Positions 48,355 through 58,119 of a stretch of DNA of 64,000 bases are shown piece after piece; the stretch's first letter is position 1, and every line of letters begins with the position of its first letter. The position numbers and the translations under genes were made by a program. The stretch comes from Candidatus Multivorans sp. (lineage in GTDB: Bacteria; Acidobacteriota; Thermoanaerobaculia; Multivoradales; Multivoraceae): contig OZ251997.1 of NCBI GenBank assembly GCA_965247095.1, forward strand, positions 2,400,001 through 2,464,000. Reading direction: 5' to 3'. Below the pieces are notes generated by a model. That model searched no databases. It saw only the letters and a program-made list of their open reading frames with translations, and was not told where the DNA came from.

Positions 48355-49214
48355 GCGTCCTCCCCTGCTTCCGGAGCGTCCGTTTCGCCTGCCGGCGTCT
48401 GTCCGGCGCGTCCGCCGCGCTGGCCCCGGAGAGCCAGGTCGACGCCCACCAGGCGCCGATTGCCGTCGACCCTGCTGGAGCTGCCGCGGATCTCGCGCAC
48501 CACCAGGTAGTCGGCGAAAGCGGCCTCGACGTTGGCGCTGTAGCCCATCGCGTCCTGGGCCTTGTTCACCGCGAGCTTGCCCAGCCGCAGCACCGCCGGG
48601 TCGTTCTCGGCGATCCGTTCGGCATAGGCCAGGGTCTCCCGCTCGAGTTCGTCCTCCGCGTAGACGCGGTTGACCAGGCCGAGTTCGCGCGCTTCCTCGG
48701 CGTCGATGAAGCGGCTCTCGAACAGCAGTTCCTTCGCCTTGCGGGGATGGACGTCCCAGGGCACGGTGAAGGTCTCGAACAGGCTGGCGAGGAACCGGGC
48801 GCTCGGCGCGGCGAAGATCAGGTCCATCGACGCCGCGATCATCCAGCCGCCGAAGATGCAGTAGCCGTGGACCATGGCGATCGTCGGCTTCGGCAGGTTG
48901 CGCCACTTGACCGTGTTGTCCAGGTTGTACCAACGGAACGCCTCGTACCATTCCATGCCGACCCACTGGGTGAGGCCCCGGGCCTCGATGTCCGCCTCCT
49001 GTTCCGGCGTGCCCAGGTCGTGGCCGGAGGAGAAGTGCTTGCCGGCGCCCTTCAGCACCACGACGCAAACGTCCTCGTCGGCCATCGCCCGGTCGAGCTG
49101 CCGGTCCAGGTCGTCGAGCAGCTTCCAGCTCTGGGCGTTGTGGTAGCGCGCCCGGTCCAGAGTGAGCACCGCTACCGGGCCGCGCCGTTCGTAGCGAACC
49201 TCTTCTGCTGCCAT
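48351..49214 (-). CDS. Enoyl-CoA hydratase/isomerase family protein
   Basis: FSSGHDL, PKPTIAMVHGYCIFGG, KELLF, AEEARELGLVNRV. Confidence 0.9.
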   Translation of the reverse strand: MAAEEVRYERRGPVAVLTLDRARYHNAQSWKLLDDLDRQLDRAMADEDVCVVVLKGAGKHFSSGHDLGTPEQEADIEARGLTQWVGMEWYEAFRWYNLDNTVKWRNLPKPTIAMVHGYCIFGGWMIAASMDLIFAAPSARFLASLFETFTVPWDVHPRKAKELLFESRFIDAEEARELGLVNRVYAEDELERETLAYAERIAENDPAVLRLGKLAVNKAQDAMGYSANVEAAFADYLVVREIRGSSSRVDGNRRLVGVDLALRGQRGGRAGQTPAGETDAPEAGEDA

Positions 49215-49247
49215 ACCTGTCCTCGGCCGTGATTTGGAGGGAATCCG

Positions 49248-49604
49248 ATGAAGCGTAGCGCACCGATCAGCGTGGCACTGCTCGCCGTCTGGACGCTCGC
49301 CTGCGGCGGCGGCCAGCGGAGCGGCGACACCGGCGGCGGCGCGCCGACGCCCAACATCGTCCTGGTGATGACCGACGACCAGGGCTACGGCGATTTCGGA
49401 TTCGCCGGCAACCCGGCGATCGAGACGCCCCACCTCGACGCCCTGGCCGCCCAGAGCGCCCAGGTCGACCGCTTCTACGTCAGCCCGGTCTGCACCGACA
49501 TCGCTACCGGCGACTTCGCGCTCAGCGCGTCCGCGGGCGAAGGCGCCGACCAGCGAGGCGCACACCATGTCGTGCTCAGCCGGCGCTCGGCATCCGCGCC
49601 GTAG
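49248..49604 (+). pseudogene. Sulfatase N-terminal relic
   Basis: Lipobox, PNIVLVMTDDQGYGD, TPHLDALA, FYVSPVC, broken inside the CxPxR motif. Confidence 0.82.
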
Positions 49605-49706
49605 CGCCGTCAAACGAGGCGGGAAGGAAAGTAGAATCGCGCCTCTGAGGGTCCCAAGGCCAGACTGGGCGACTGCTTGCACACCGACACGAGACGGCCA
49701 TTTCGC

Positions 49707-52148
49707 ATGCTCCGCACGATCGATTCGACGATCCGGTCGGCCTTGGCAGGATCCGATCCTGCAACCGTTCGCTCATCCGCAGCACCGCCACTCCGGGCCA
49801 CTCTCGCCGCCACTGTCCTCGGCACGCTGCTTCTGATCCAGCCGGCAGCCGCCCAGGACACCGGCTCAATAGCCGGCCAGTTGGACACTCACGGCGAGGG
49901 CGGGGTCACGCTCGCCACCGCGACACTCCCTGAGCTATCCCTCAGCGCCTCGGTGGCAACGCATGGCGCGTTCCGCTTCGATGCCGTACCGCCCGGCACC
50001 TACCTTCTGGTTGTCGAGATTCCCTCCGTCGGCCTGACCAGGCAGTCGGTCACCGTCTCGGCCGGCCAGGAGACGGCCGTGGAACTGGAGATCGATCACA
50101 TCGCCCACTCCGATGAGATCGTCGTCACCGCCACCGGCGATCTCCGCAGCGAGTCCGAGCTGTCGAACGCGGTCTCCGTCCTCAGCGGGGCCGACCTGCA
50201 ACTGCGAATGGGCGCGACACTCGGCGAAACCCTCGAAGGAGAACCAGGCGTGTCGTCGACGTCCTTCGTCCCCGGCGCCGGCCGGCCGATCATCCGCGGC
50301 CTGTCCGGGGCTCGGGTCCGCGTGATGGCCGGCGGCATCGGCACCGGGGATACCTCCGCGGTCAGCGCCGACCACGCGGTGACATCCGAGCCGGCGCAGG
50401 CGCAGCAGATCGAGGTACTGCGCGGCCCGGCCACGCTCCGTTACGGCTCCGGCGCCATCGGCGGCGCCGTGAACATCATCGACGGACGCATTCCAACCAC
50501 GCGCGCGGCCACGTCCCTGAGCGGCACGATCGACCTCGTCGGGGGCTCGGTTGCGGACGAACGGATGGGCGCCCTGGAGTTGGGCGGCGGCAGCGGTGAC
50601 TGGGCCTGGGCCATCGCCGCGGTCAACCGGGAAACGGACCCCTACGAGATCCCGGTGCACTCCCGCCTCGAGGACGACCATGAAGAGGACGACGACGATC
50701 ACCACGACGAAGACGACGAGGACGACGACCACGAAGACAGCGAGGAGCACCTCGAGAACCCGTTCGGTGTCGTCCCGAACACCGACCTGCACACCGAGAG
50801 CGGCCGCCTCGGCGTGACCCGGTTCTTCGGCGACCGCGGCTTTCTCGGCGTGTCGGTCAGCGGCTTCAACACGGAGTACGGCATTCCGCCCGGGGCTCAC
50901 CAACACCAAGGGCACGCTCACGAGGACGATCAGCACGACGACGACGAGGACGAGGGCGAAGACGACCACGGCGACGAGGAGCTGCCCGTTCGCGTCGACA
51001 TGAAGCAGCAGCGGGTCGACCTGCGCAGCGACATCTACCTGCCCGCTGGCGGCTTCGAGAAGCTCGAGGTGCGCATGGGCGGAACGGACTACGAACACAT
51101 CGAGTTCGAGGGTGACGAGGCCGGCACCCTGTTCACGAACGACTACTTCGAGACCCGGGTCGAGATGTTCCAGCGGGTCCGCGGCGGCAGCCGGGGCTCC
51201 GTCGGTCTCCAGTACTCGGACCGCGACATCGCCGCGGTGGGTGCAGAGGCCTACGTGCGGCCAACCGCATCGAACAGTTGGGCGGTGTTCACGTCCCAGG
51301 AGATCGAAAAGGGCGCCATCCGCTGGCAGTTCGGCGCCCGCTTCGAACAGTCCAATCACGATCCGGCCGGAGGCCCGACCTGGTCCGGCGACGGGGTATC
51401 CACTTCAGCGGGCCTGGTCTGGAAGGCGAACGACACGTGGTCCCTCGGCCTGTCCGCCTCCCGCTCCGTCCGCCTGCCGAGCCCCGAGGAACTGTTCGCG
51501 GACGGCGTCCATGTCGCCACACTGACCTATGAGATCGGCAATCCGAACCTGGACGCCGAAGTCGGCAACGGCCTGGACCTCTCCCTGCGCAAGAACGAGG
51601 GCCGCCTCCAGGGCGAACTGACCTTGTTCCAGCAGGACTTCCAGGACTTCATCTACCAGGGGTTCACGGGCGCCCAAATCGACGACATCGCGGTCATCCT
51701 CTACAGCCAAGGCAACGCGACAATGACCGGCGCCGAATTCCGAGCCCGGATCGAGGTCGTGGAATGGGAAGACAATCACCTCCACCTGGAGCTGCTCGGC
51801 GACACGGTCGACGCCGAGCTGGACCAGGGCGGCAACCTGCCGCGGATCCCGCCGATGAGCCTCGGCGCCGGCCTGCACTACCACGGCCACGACTGGCGGG
51901 CCGCGGTGGAGTGGCGCTTCGTCGACGACCAGCACGACGTCGCCGAGCTGGAGGGGCCGACCGACGGCTACACGATGCTCAACGCCCATGTCGGGCGCCG
52001 GTTCATCCTCAAGAACCAGATCCTCGAGCTGCTGCTTCGGGGCCGGAACCTGACCGACGAAGAGGCGCGCGTGCATACGTCCTTCCTCAAGACACTCGCG
52101 CCGCTCCCCGGGCGTGACATCACGCTGTCGGCCCGGTTCTGGTTCTGA
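49707..52148 (+). CDS. TonB-dependent receptor with His/Asp-rich loops (ZnuD-like)
   Basis: GRPIIRGLSG.RV, IEVLRGPATLRYGSGAIGGAVNII, DYEH.E, HTSFLK, terminal F; two His/Asp tracts. Confidence 0.92.
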   Translation: MLRTIDSTIRSALAGSDPATVRSSAAPPLRATLAATVLGTLLLIQPAAAQDTGSIAGQLDTHGEGGVTLATATLPELSLSASVATHGAFRFDAVPPGTYLLVVEIPSVGLTRQSVTVSAGQETAVELEIDHIAHSDEIVVTATGDLRSESELSNAVSVLSGADLQLRMGATLGETLEGEPGVSSTSFVPGAGRPIIRGLSGARVRVMAGGIGTGDTSAVSADHAVTSEPAQAQQIEVLRGPATLRYGSGAIGGAVNIIDGRIPTTRAATSLSGTIDLVGGSVADERMGALELGGGSGDWAWAIAAVNRETDPYEIPVHSRLEDDHEEDDDDHHDEDDEDDDHEDSEEHLENPFGVVPNTDLHTESGRLGVTRFFGDRGFLGVSVSGFNTEYGIPPGAHQHQGHAHEDDQHDDDEDEGEDDHGDEELPVRVDMKQQRVDLRSDIYLPAGGFEKLEVRMGGTDYEHIEFEGDEAGTLFTNDYFETRVEMFQRVRGGSRGSVGLQYSDRDIAAVGAEAYVRPTASNSWAVFTSQEIEKGAIRWQFGARFEQSNHDPAGGPTWSGDGVSTSAGLVWKANDTWSLGLSASRSVRLPSPEELFADGVHVATLTYEIGNPNLDAEVGNGLDLSLRKNEGRLQGELTLFQQDFQDFIYQGFTGAQIDDIAVILYSQGNATMTGAEFRARIEVVEWEDNHLHLELLGDTVDAELDQGGNLPRIPPMSLGAGLHYHGHDWRAAVEWRFVDDQHDVAELEGPTDGYTMLNAHVGRRFILKNQILELLLRGRNLTDEEARVHTSFLKTLAPLPGRDITLSARFWF

Positions 52149-52159
52149 GTCGGGACCGC

Positions 52160-54184
52160 GTGGTGCGGAAGGTGATCGCGAACTCAGATGTTCGGCCTCG
52201 CGCCAGGGGCCGAACCTTGGTCGCGTGGGCCGGTGTGCTGGTGCTGGGGTCGACCTTGGCGGCGCAGGAAGGCGAGTGGCCGTACTTCGGCGGCGACCGC
52301 ACCTTCAAGCGCTACTCGCCGCTCGACCAGATTGACGCCTCGAACGTCGGCGATCTACGCATCGTCTGGCGACGGCCGGGTCTGGAACCGGAGCTCAAGG
52401 AGGAGTTCCCCGGGCTGCGTCCGGGCAACAACCTGCGATCGACGCCCATCATGGTCGAAGGTCGCCTTTTCCTGACCAACCTCGTTGGCCTGCTGCGCGC
52501 CGTCGACCCGGCGAGCGGCAAGACCTTGTGGTCTCAGGCGCCGGTCGAGCCGACGATCGAAGAGGCACGCGGCTTGAGCCCACGAGGCGTCGACCTCTGG
52601 ACCGGCGGCGAGCAGCAACGAGTGTTCCTCGCACGCGGCAACTACCTGTACTCGGTCGACGCCTCAAGTGGCGAGTTCGACGGCGACTTCGGCGACCAGG
52701 GACGCGTCAGCCTCCGCCTCTCGGGACCGCTTGCCGGCGATTTCACCTGGACTGCCGGGCCGCTCGTCGTGGGCGACGTCGTCGTGGTGGCCGGATTCAC
52801 CGGAGGCGCCGGCGACGGCGGCAGCAAGAAGGAGGCGACGCCGGAGGATGTGCGCGGCTACGACGTCCGCACGGGCCGCCGGCTGTGGACGTTCCACGTC
52901 GTACCGCGGCCGGGCGAGTCGGGCAATGAGACCTGGGGCGACGGCTCGTGGGAGTACTCGGGTGACCTCGGGTCGTGGTGCTGCCTATCGGCCGACGAGG
53001 AGCTCGGCTACGTCTACGTCCAGCTCTCGGCCCCAACCGCGGCGTACTACGGTGGCCACCGGCCCGGCGACAACCTGTACTCCAACTCACTCGTGGCACT
53101 GAACGCCAAGACGGGCGAGCGGATCTGGCACTTTCAGATGGTGCACCACGACGTCTGGGAGTGGGACACGGCCGGTCCGGCGACCCTCGGTGAGATCACG
53201 GTCGATGGGAGGCGTATCGACGCCGTCATGCAGCCCTCGAAGACCGGCTTCCTCTACGTCTTCGATCGCCGTACCGGGGAGCCGGTGTGGCCGATCGAGG
53301 AGAGGGCCGTGCCTGGCTCACGGGTCCCCGGGGAGCGACTGTCGCCGACCCAGCCATTCCCGACGAAGCCGCCGCCCTTCGACCGACTGGGATTCGTGGA
53401 GGACGACCTGATCGACTTCACACCGGAGCTCCGGGCACGGGCCCTGGAGCTCGTCAAGCCCTTCCGTCTCGGGCCGATCTTCACGCCGCCCGGCCTGATG
53501 GACGACGAGCAAGGGAAGAGTGGCACTCTGACGAATCCGGGAGCGTGGGGAACAGGGAACTGGCACACCGGCGCCTTCGATCCCGAGACCGGCGTCTACT
53601 ACGCCGTGTCCCACACCTGGCCGGGCGTGTACTCCTTGAAACAGCCGGAAGACAGCGACGCGACGCTCGGCTACGTGATCGCCTACGATGGTCCCGATGT
53701 ACCGACCCTCGACGGACTCCCGATTGTGAAGCCACCCTATGGTCGGATCACTGCAATCGATCTGCATCGCGGCGAGCACGTGTGGATGGCGGCCAACGGC
53801 GATGGGCCTCGAGACCATCCCCTGCTCGATGGCCTCGACGTGCCACCCCTGGGGGTCGCTGGGCGACCGGCACCGCTAGTGACGAAGACGCTGCTGTTCA
53901 TCGGTGAAGGCAGCGATGCCATCCCCGGCATCCAGGGGGAAGAAGGCCGCTACTGGGGCAAGAAGTTCCGCGCTTACGACAAGGCCACGGGCGAGGTGGT
54001 GTGGGAGACGGAGCTGCCATCCGGTACCACCGGTGCGCCGATGACCTACTTACACAATGGTCGCCAGTTCATCGTCGTCGCGATCGGCGGCAAGGAGTCC
54101 CCGGCAGAGTTCGTAGCGTTTGGCCTGTCGCTGGACCGAGCCCGTCCACTCGGGCGATCACCTAACCCAGGAGTCCACCCATGA
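52160..54184 (+). CDS. PQQ-dependent dehydrogenase (glucose/quinate dehydrogenase-like, soluble)
   Basis: EWPYFGG..RYSPLDQI, GHRPGDNLYSNS, HHDVWEWD, KPPYG, GAPMTY. Confidence 0.9.
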   Translation: MVRKVIANSDVRPRARGRTLVAWAGVLVLGSTLAAQEGEWPYFGGDRTFKRYSPLDQIDASNVGDLRIVWRRPGLEPELKEEFPGLRPGNNLRSTPIMVEGRLFLTNLVGLLRAVDPASGKTLWSQAPVEPTIEEARGLSPRGVDLWTGGEQQRVFLARGNYLYSVDASSGEFDGDFGDQGRVSLRLSGPLAGDFTWTAGPLVVGDVVVVAGFTGGAGDGGSKKEATPEDVRGYDVRTGRRLWTFHVVPRPGESGNETWGDGSWEYSGDLGSWCCLSADEELGYVYVQLSAPTAAYYGGHRPGDNLYSNSLVALNAKTGERIWHFQMVHHDVWEWDTAGPATLGEITVDGRRIDAVMQPSKTGFLYVFDRRTGEPVWPIEERAVPGSRVPGERLSPTQPFPTKPPPFDRLGFVEDDLIDFTPELRARALELVKPFRLGPIFTPPGLMDDEQGKSGTLTNPGAWGTGNWHTGAFDPETGVYYAVSHTWPGVYSLKQPEDSDATLGYVIAYDGPDVPTLDGLPIVKPPYGRITAIDLHRGEHVWMAANGDGPRDHPLLDGLDVPPLGVAGRPAPLVTKTLLFIGEGSDAIPGIQGEEGRYWGKKFRAYDKATGEVVWETELPSGTTGAPMTYLHNGRQFIVVAIGGKESPAEFVAFGLSLDRARPLGRSPNPGVHP

Positions 54185-54618
54185 AGAGAAGAGTCTTGAT
54201 CATCCTCTGTGCAACAGTCCTTGGGAGTTCCATGATGGCTGCAAGTGATGAAACCGTTCGGCCGGCGAAGATCAGCAAGCCAGATCTCGGCGGCAAGATC
54301 TTCGAGCGCCCGGACGTGGTCGAGAACACCCACGCCGACGGGCACGTGACGCAGACGGCCACGTCGCTGGTCTCGAGCGACAAGAGCTTCTCTTCCGGCA
54401 TGTACAAGTCTGGGAAGACACGGATCGAGATCACCCAGCCGTACGGTGTCGACGAGTTCATGTACTTCCTCGAGGGCGGCGTCACTCTGACGTCATCTGA
54501 CGGAACGGAGCTCGTGATCAACGCCGGGGAGGCAGTGACGGTCCCGAAAGAGTGGACCGGAGTCTTCGAAACGGACGGCTACACGAAGATCTGGGTCATC
54601 TACTCCCCGCGTAAGTAG
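54181..54618 (+). CDS. Secreted cupin (EutQ/cupin_3-like)
   Basis: SSGMY, DEFMYFLEGGVTL, AGEAVTVPKEWTG; ATGA overlap. Confidence 0.85.
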   Translation: MKRRVLIILCATVLGSSMMAASDETVRPAKISKPDLGGKIFERPDVVENTHADGHVTQTATSLVSSDKSFSSGMYKSGKTRIEITQPYGVDEFMYFLEGGVTLTSSDGTELVINAGEAVTVPKEWTGVFETDGYTKIWVIYSPRK

Positions 54619-54682
54619 ACAAGGCGCGCGTCCCTTTCAGTTCGGCCGCAACGACGGAGCGTATGACAGGATCCCCGGCATC

Positions 54683-55570
54683 ATGACCATACAAGCCGCT
54701 TCCGAAACGCGCCCAGATTGGACGCCCACCGCAGCCCCCATCGAGATCCGACCTCTGACCCCCCATATCGGCGCGGAGATCGAGGGAGTCGACCTGTCCC
54801 AGCCGCTCTCGCAGTCGCAGAAGGACGACATCAGGCGGGTCTGGCTGGAGTGGCAGGTGCTGGTTTTTCGTGACCAGGAGCTCACCCGCGAGCAGCACAA
54901 GGACTTCGGCCGTTCCTTCGGCCCGCTGCACGTCCACCCGCTGCACAAGAGCTCCGAGTACAAGGGCGGGCACGACCCGGAAATCCTTGTCGTCAAGACC
55001 ACGCAGAAGTCCAGGTACACGGCGGGCGACGGTTGGCATACGGACGTGTCGTGCGACGAGGAACCGCCGATGGCGTCGATGCTCTACATCAAGGAGATTC
55101 CCGAGTGCGGCTCGGGAGGCGACACACTATTCGCCGACATGTACCGCGCTTATGAGACGCTATCGGAGCGGATGCAGCAGTTTCTCGAAGGTCTGGTAGC
55201 GGTGCATGACGGTGCGCTGCCCTACATCGGCAAGTACGGCTACGCAGCTCCCGATGGAAAGGCGTACCCGAAGACCGAGCACCCGGTGGTGATCCGCCAT
55301 CCCGAGACCGGCCGCAAGGCCCTGTTCGTCAACAGCGGCTTCACGTCGCACATCCGCGGTCTGCGTCGATGGGAGAGCCGGGGTCTACTCGACATGCTCT
55401 TCAGGCACATCGCTACAACAGTCTCGCTGACCTGTCGCGTGCGCTGGGAGCCCAACACGCTCACCCTCTGGGACAACCGCTGCACGCAGCATCATGCCGT
55501 GTGGGACTACTACCCGCAGTCGCGCTTCGGCGAGCGGGTCTCGATCGTGGGTGATCGGCCGGTCGCTTAA
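54683..55570 (+). CDS. TauD/TfdA family dioxygenase (copy 1)
   Basis: IGAEIEGVDL, WHTDVS (HxD), GGDTLF, HPVV..HPETG, WDNRCTQH. Confidence 0.93.
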   Translation: MTIQAASETRPDWTPTAAPIEIRPLTPHIGAEIEGVDLSQPLSQSQKDDIRRVWLEWQVLVFRDQELTREQHKDFGRSFGPLHVHPLHKSSEYKGGHDPEILVVKTTQKSRYTAGDGWHTDVSCDEEPPMASMLYIKEIPECGSGGDTLFADMYRAYETLSERMQQFLEGLVAVHDGALPYIGKYGYAAPDGKAYPKTEHPVVIRHPETGRKALFVNSGFTSHIRGLRRWESRGLLDMLFRHIATTVSLTCRVRWEPNTLTLWDNRCTQHHAVWDYYPQSRFGERVSIVGDRPVA

Positions 55571-55826
55571 CAGGGCCGCCGCCTGCCTGCTCGATCTCGG
55601 CGCCTACCCGGACCTCCGCCACGGCTTCGGCGGCGAAGGGCACGGCGTCCAAGCCGTCGCCATGCATCTGGCGGCTCAGCACAGTGCGCTCAGGTGCCTC
55701 GACCTGCTGCTCGACCGAGGCGCCGACCCGTCGATCGTCGACGCCGCTTACGACGCCACACCCCTGGAGTGGGCGGTGGAGTGCGGCGCACCGGATTCGG
55801 CAGAGTTGCTGCGACGGAGGGCTTAG
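55569..55826 (+). pseudogene. Ankyrin-repeat protein C-terminal relic
   Basis: AMHLAAQH..LDLLLDRGADP..D...ATPLEWA; no start, begins at the TauD stop. Confidence 0.65.
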
Positions 55827-55839
55827 GACTCGTCGCGGC

Positions 55840-56130
55840 TCAACCAAGCTCGCCCGTGGCGTACTTGTGAAGGATGCTGGAAATGAGAGTCTGGTACGGC
55901 ACTCCTTCGCGGGCCGCCAACCGCTTGATTTCCACCAGGTCGTGACTCGGCAGGCGGATGTTGATTCGCTTGTCCTTTCGAAGCGTCTCGCGGGCCGCGG
56001 ACTCCAGCCTGGCGACGTCCCGAGAAGAGCCCGAGGCTCTTCGGAGACGTCCTTGCTCGTAGGCCCTCAGGATCTCGCGCTCCTCAGGGTCGAGTGCTGC
56101 TGAATCGGGCTTCGTCGTGCGTTCGGTCAT
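55840..56130 (-). CDS. BrnA/CopG-like antitoxin
   Basis: LDPEEREIL, KDKRINIRL..DL..IK..A..EG.PYQTLISSILHKY. Confidence 0.88.
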   Translation of the reverse strand: MTERTTKPDSAALDPEEREILRAYEQGRLRRASGSSRDVARLESAARETLRKDKRINIRLPSHDLVEIKRLAAREGVPYQTLISSILHKYATGELG

Positions 56131-56136
56131 GGCTCG

Positions 56137-56412
56137 TCACCTCGCCCTCAGGTACTTCTTCGTCGCCTTCCGGCTCGGGATGATCGTCTTGAGGAAGAAG
56201 TCGCCTGCTTCCGTCTCCACGTAAGGAACCAGGTAGGCGTACTCCCCGATCTCGATCACGGCAATCCGCTGGTGTGGCCGTTTCGGATCCGGATGGTCGT
56301 AGATGTCGACCAGCGCACCCGATTCGATCAGTGTCGCCACCTCCTCGAAACTGACGCCCCGCTCCGCGATCAAGCGTCTGTTCTTCGCAGGATCCCAGAG
56401 ACAACGGCTCAT
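56137..56412 (-). CDS. brnT: BrnT family toxin
   Basis: WDPAKN..L..ERGVSFEEV, HP..RPHQR, YAYLVPYVE, FLKTIIPSRKATKKY. Confidence 0.88.
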   Translation of the reverse strand: MSRCLWDPAKNRRLIAERGVSFEEVATLIESGALVDIYDHPDPKRPHQRIAVIEIGEYAYLVPYVETEAGDFFLKTIIPSRKATKKYLRAR

Positions 56413-56588
56413 ACTTGATCGGAGCTGATTGTCGCCGATTGTATGCCGATCGTCAACAGCGGCCGCAACCAAACAGGAAACGGCCCAGACCGATGTCCGG
56501 GTCAGACTCCTGCAACACGGCTTCGGCCGCTGCCGGTATACTCCGCCGCTCGACAGCGGTCGGCACCGAAGCCGCGGCCCGAATCCGC

Positions 56589-56665
56589 GTCCCCATCGTC
56601 TAGCCAGGTCAGGACTCCAGCCTTTCAAGCTGGCAACACGGGTTCGAATCCCGTTGGGGACACCA
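56589..56665 (+). tRNA. tRNA-Glu (TTC)
   Basis: GTCCCCA/TGGGGAC acceptor stem, CCAGC-CTTTCAA-GCTGG anticodon arm, GGTTCGAATCC T-loop, encoded CCA; TATACT -10 upstream. Confidence 0.96.
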
Positions 56666-56970
56666 TCGCGCCTGCCGGCACGATGCTGGCCCCAGCGGGA
56701 TTCGGTCGCCGCGCCTCGCCTACGGCTCGGAGCGCTGGGTCGTATCCCCGTTTGGGGACACTGCGCTGCCGCCGGGCGCGATGCTGGCCCCAGCGGGATT
56801 CGGTCGCCGCGCCTCGCCTGCGGCTCGGAGCGCTGGGTCGTATCCCCGTTGGGGACACTGCGCTGCCGCCGGGCGCGATGCTGGCCCCAGCGGGATTCGG
56901 TCGCCGCGCCTCGCCTACGGCTCGGAGCGCTGGGTCGTATCCCGTTGGGGACGCCATCGCGCCCGCCGGC
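56666..56970 (+). repeat. Three ~97-98-bp tandem repeats, each ending in a copy of the tRNA 3' end
   Basis: GATGCTGGCCCCAGCGGGATTCGGTCGCC recurs at 56682, 56780 and 56877; each unit ends GGGTCGTATCCC(C)GTT(T)GGGGACRC. Confidence 0.9.
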
Positions 56971-57007
56971 TGAGTCTCTCGGCGTCAGGCCGGTACAGAA
57001 CCCGCAC

Positions 57008-58018
57008 CTACTTCGGAGGCGTTGGGGGATTGGCCGTCCTGTCCATCAGGTCCACCAGTTGCAAACGGTACTCGTCCTCGACGGCAGCGGCAAAGTGAAT
57101 GGCAGAATCGCTCGACTCAATTCTCGCGAGTACGGCCTCGTAGGCGCGACGGCTCGGGAACCTCAGGATGCGATAGTCGTCCCAATCTCGCCCGTCGCCG
57201 ACCAGAACACCGGCGACTTCCGCTTTGAGCATCGGCTCCACGCCGGCCTCGTGAAGACTTCCCTCCAGAGATTTCCAAAACACGTCCATCGCTTCGCGTC
57301 CACTCCGTTGGGGTTCGCTGCTGCCTTCGGGGTACTCGGCGACGGCGCGATACTTCACCAGATGAAAGAGAGTAAAGGACGGGTCGTCGGCGGACGCCGG
57401 ATGGGGAACGTCGGCCGCGGTGACCGGAGGCTTATCCGAATACGTCCAATCTTCTTCGGGTATCGTGACGATGATCTGGGACGCGGCGAGGCTTGGGCCT
57501 TTGTGAACGACGGTCTCTTGGAAACCCGCGCTCGCCCTCATTTGCGCGATCTTCGCCCGACTCGGATACATGACGATTCCGACCCGATCCCACGTCGGAT
57601 CTTTGCCTACGAGCTGCGCTTCGACGCTGCCGGCGTAAACTAGCCCGCCGCCCACTTTCTCAACTTCCGGTAACGGGTTGTACAGCCTGTCGGCTTCTTC
57701 GCCCGTCAGGTTCGTCTCGCGCCCGTCGGGATATTCGGCCTTGTCCCGGTACTTCATGAGGTTGAGCATGTACAACATTCCGTCCTGAGCCGGCGGAACG
57801 ATCATGAAACTTGCCGCGTTCGGGTTCAGGGTCCCGAAGCTGGGATCGGGAGTTTGGGCCTTGCTGATCGCGCCGTCGCTGTCGGCGTCGCTAGCTTCGA
57901 AGACCTGCTGAGACGACTGCGCAAACACGGGCGGAGAGAACACCGCGGTCCCGATCGCCACGATGAACATCCCAAAGATCGAAAGAAAGTTGATAACGCT
58001 GGAGCGGTCGTCAGTCAT
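57008..58018 (-). CDS. Secreted protein with EF-hand-like loop and two DUF1330-like domains
   Basis: DADSDGAIS; MLNLMKYRDKAEYPDG...WDRVGIVMYPSR repeated as LFHLVKYRAVAEYPEG...WDDYRILRFPSR; RBS AGAGGAG. Confidence 0.78.
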   Translation of the reverse strand: MTDDRSSVINFLSIFGMFIVAIGTAVFSPPVFAQSSQQVFEASDADSDGAISKAQTPDPSFGTLNPNAASFMIVPPAQDGMLYMLNLMKYRDKAEYPDGRETNLTGEEADRLYNPLPEVEKVGGGLVYAGSVEAQLVGKDPTWDRVGIVMYPSRAKIAQMRASAGFQETVVHKGPSLAASQIIVTIPEEDWTYSDKPPVTAADVPHPASADDPSFTLFHLVKYRAVAEYPEGSSEPQRSGREAMDVFWKSLEGSLHEAGVEPMLKAEVAGVLVGDGRDWDDYRILRFPSRRAYEAVLARIESSDSAIHFAAAVEDEYRLQLVDLMDRTANPPTPPK

Positions 58019-58119
58019 GATGATTCTCCTCTTGGTGATGGATCGTGAGCTGGCACCCGCCGCCGACCGGTGACCGCGTGGTGGGGGGGTGTAGCGACGA
58101 GATCGCGCAGGGCCGCAGC

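Noticed and set aside
56666-56970. CRISPR array
   Set aside because: Units are ~97 bp and near-identical throughout, with no unique spacers and no cas genes
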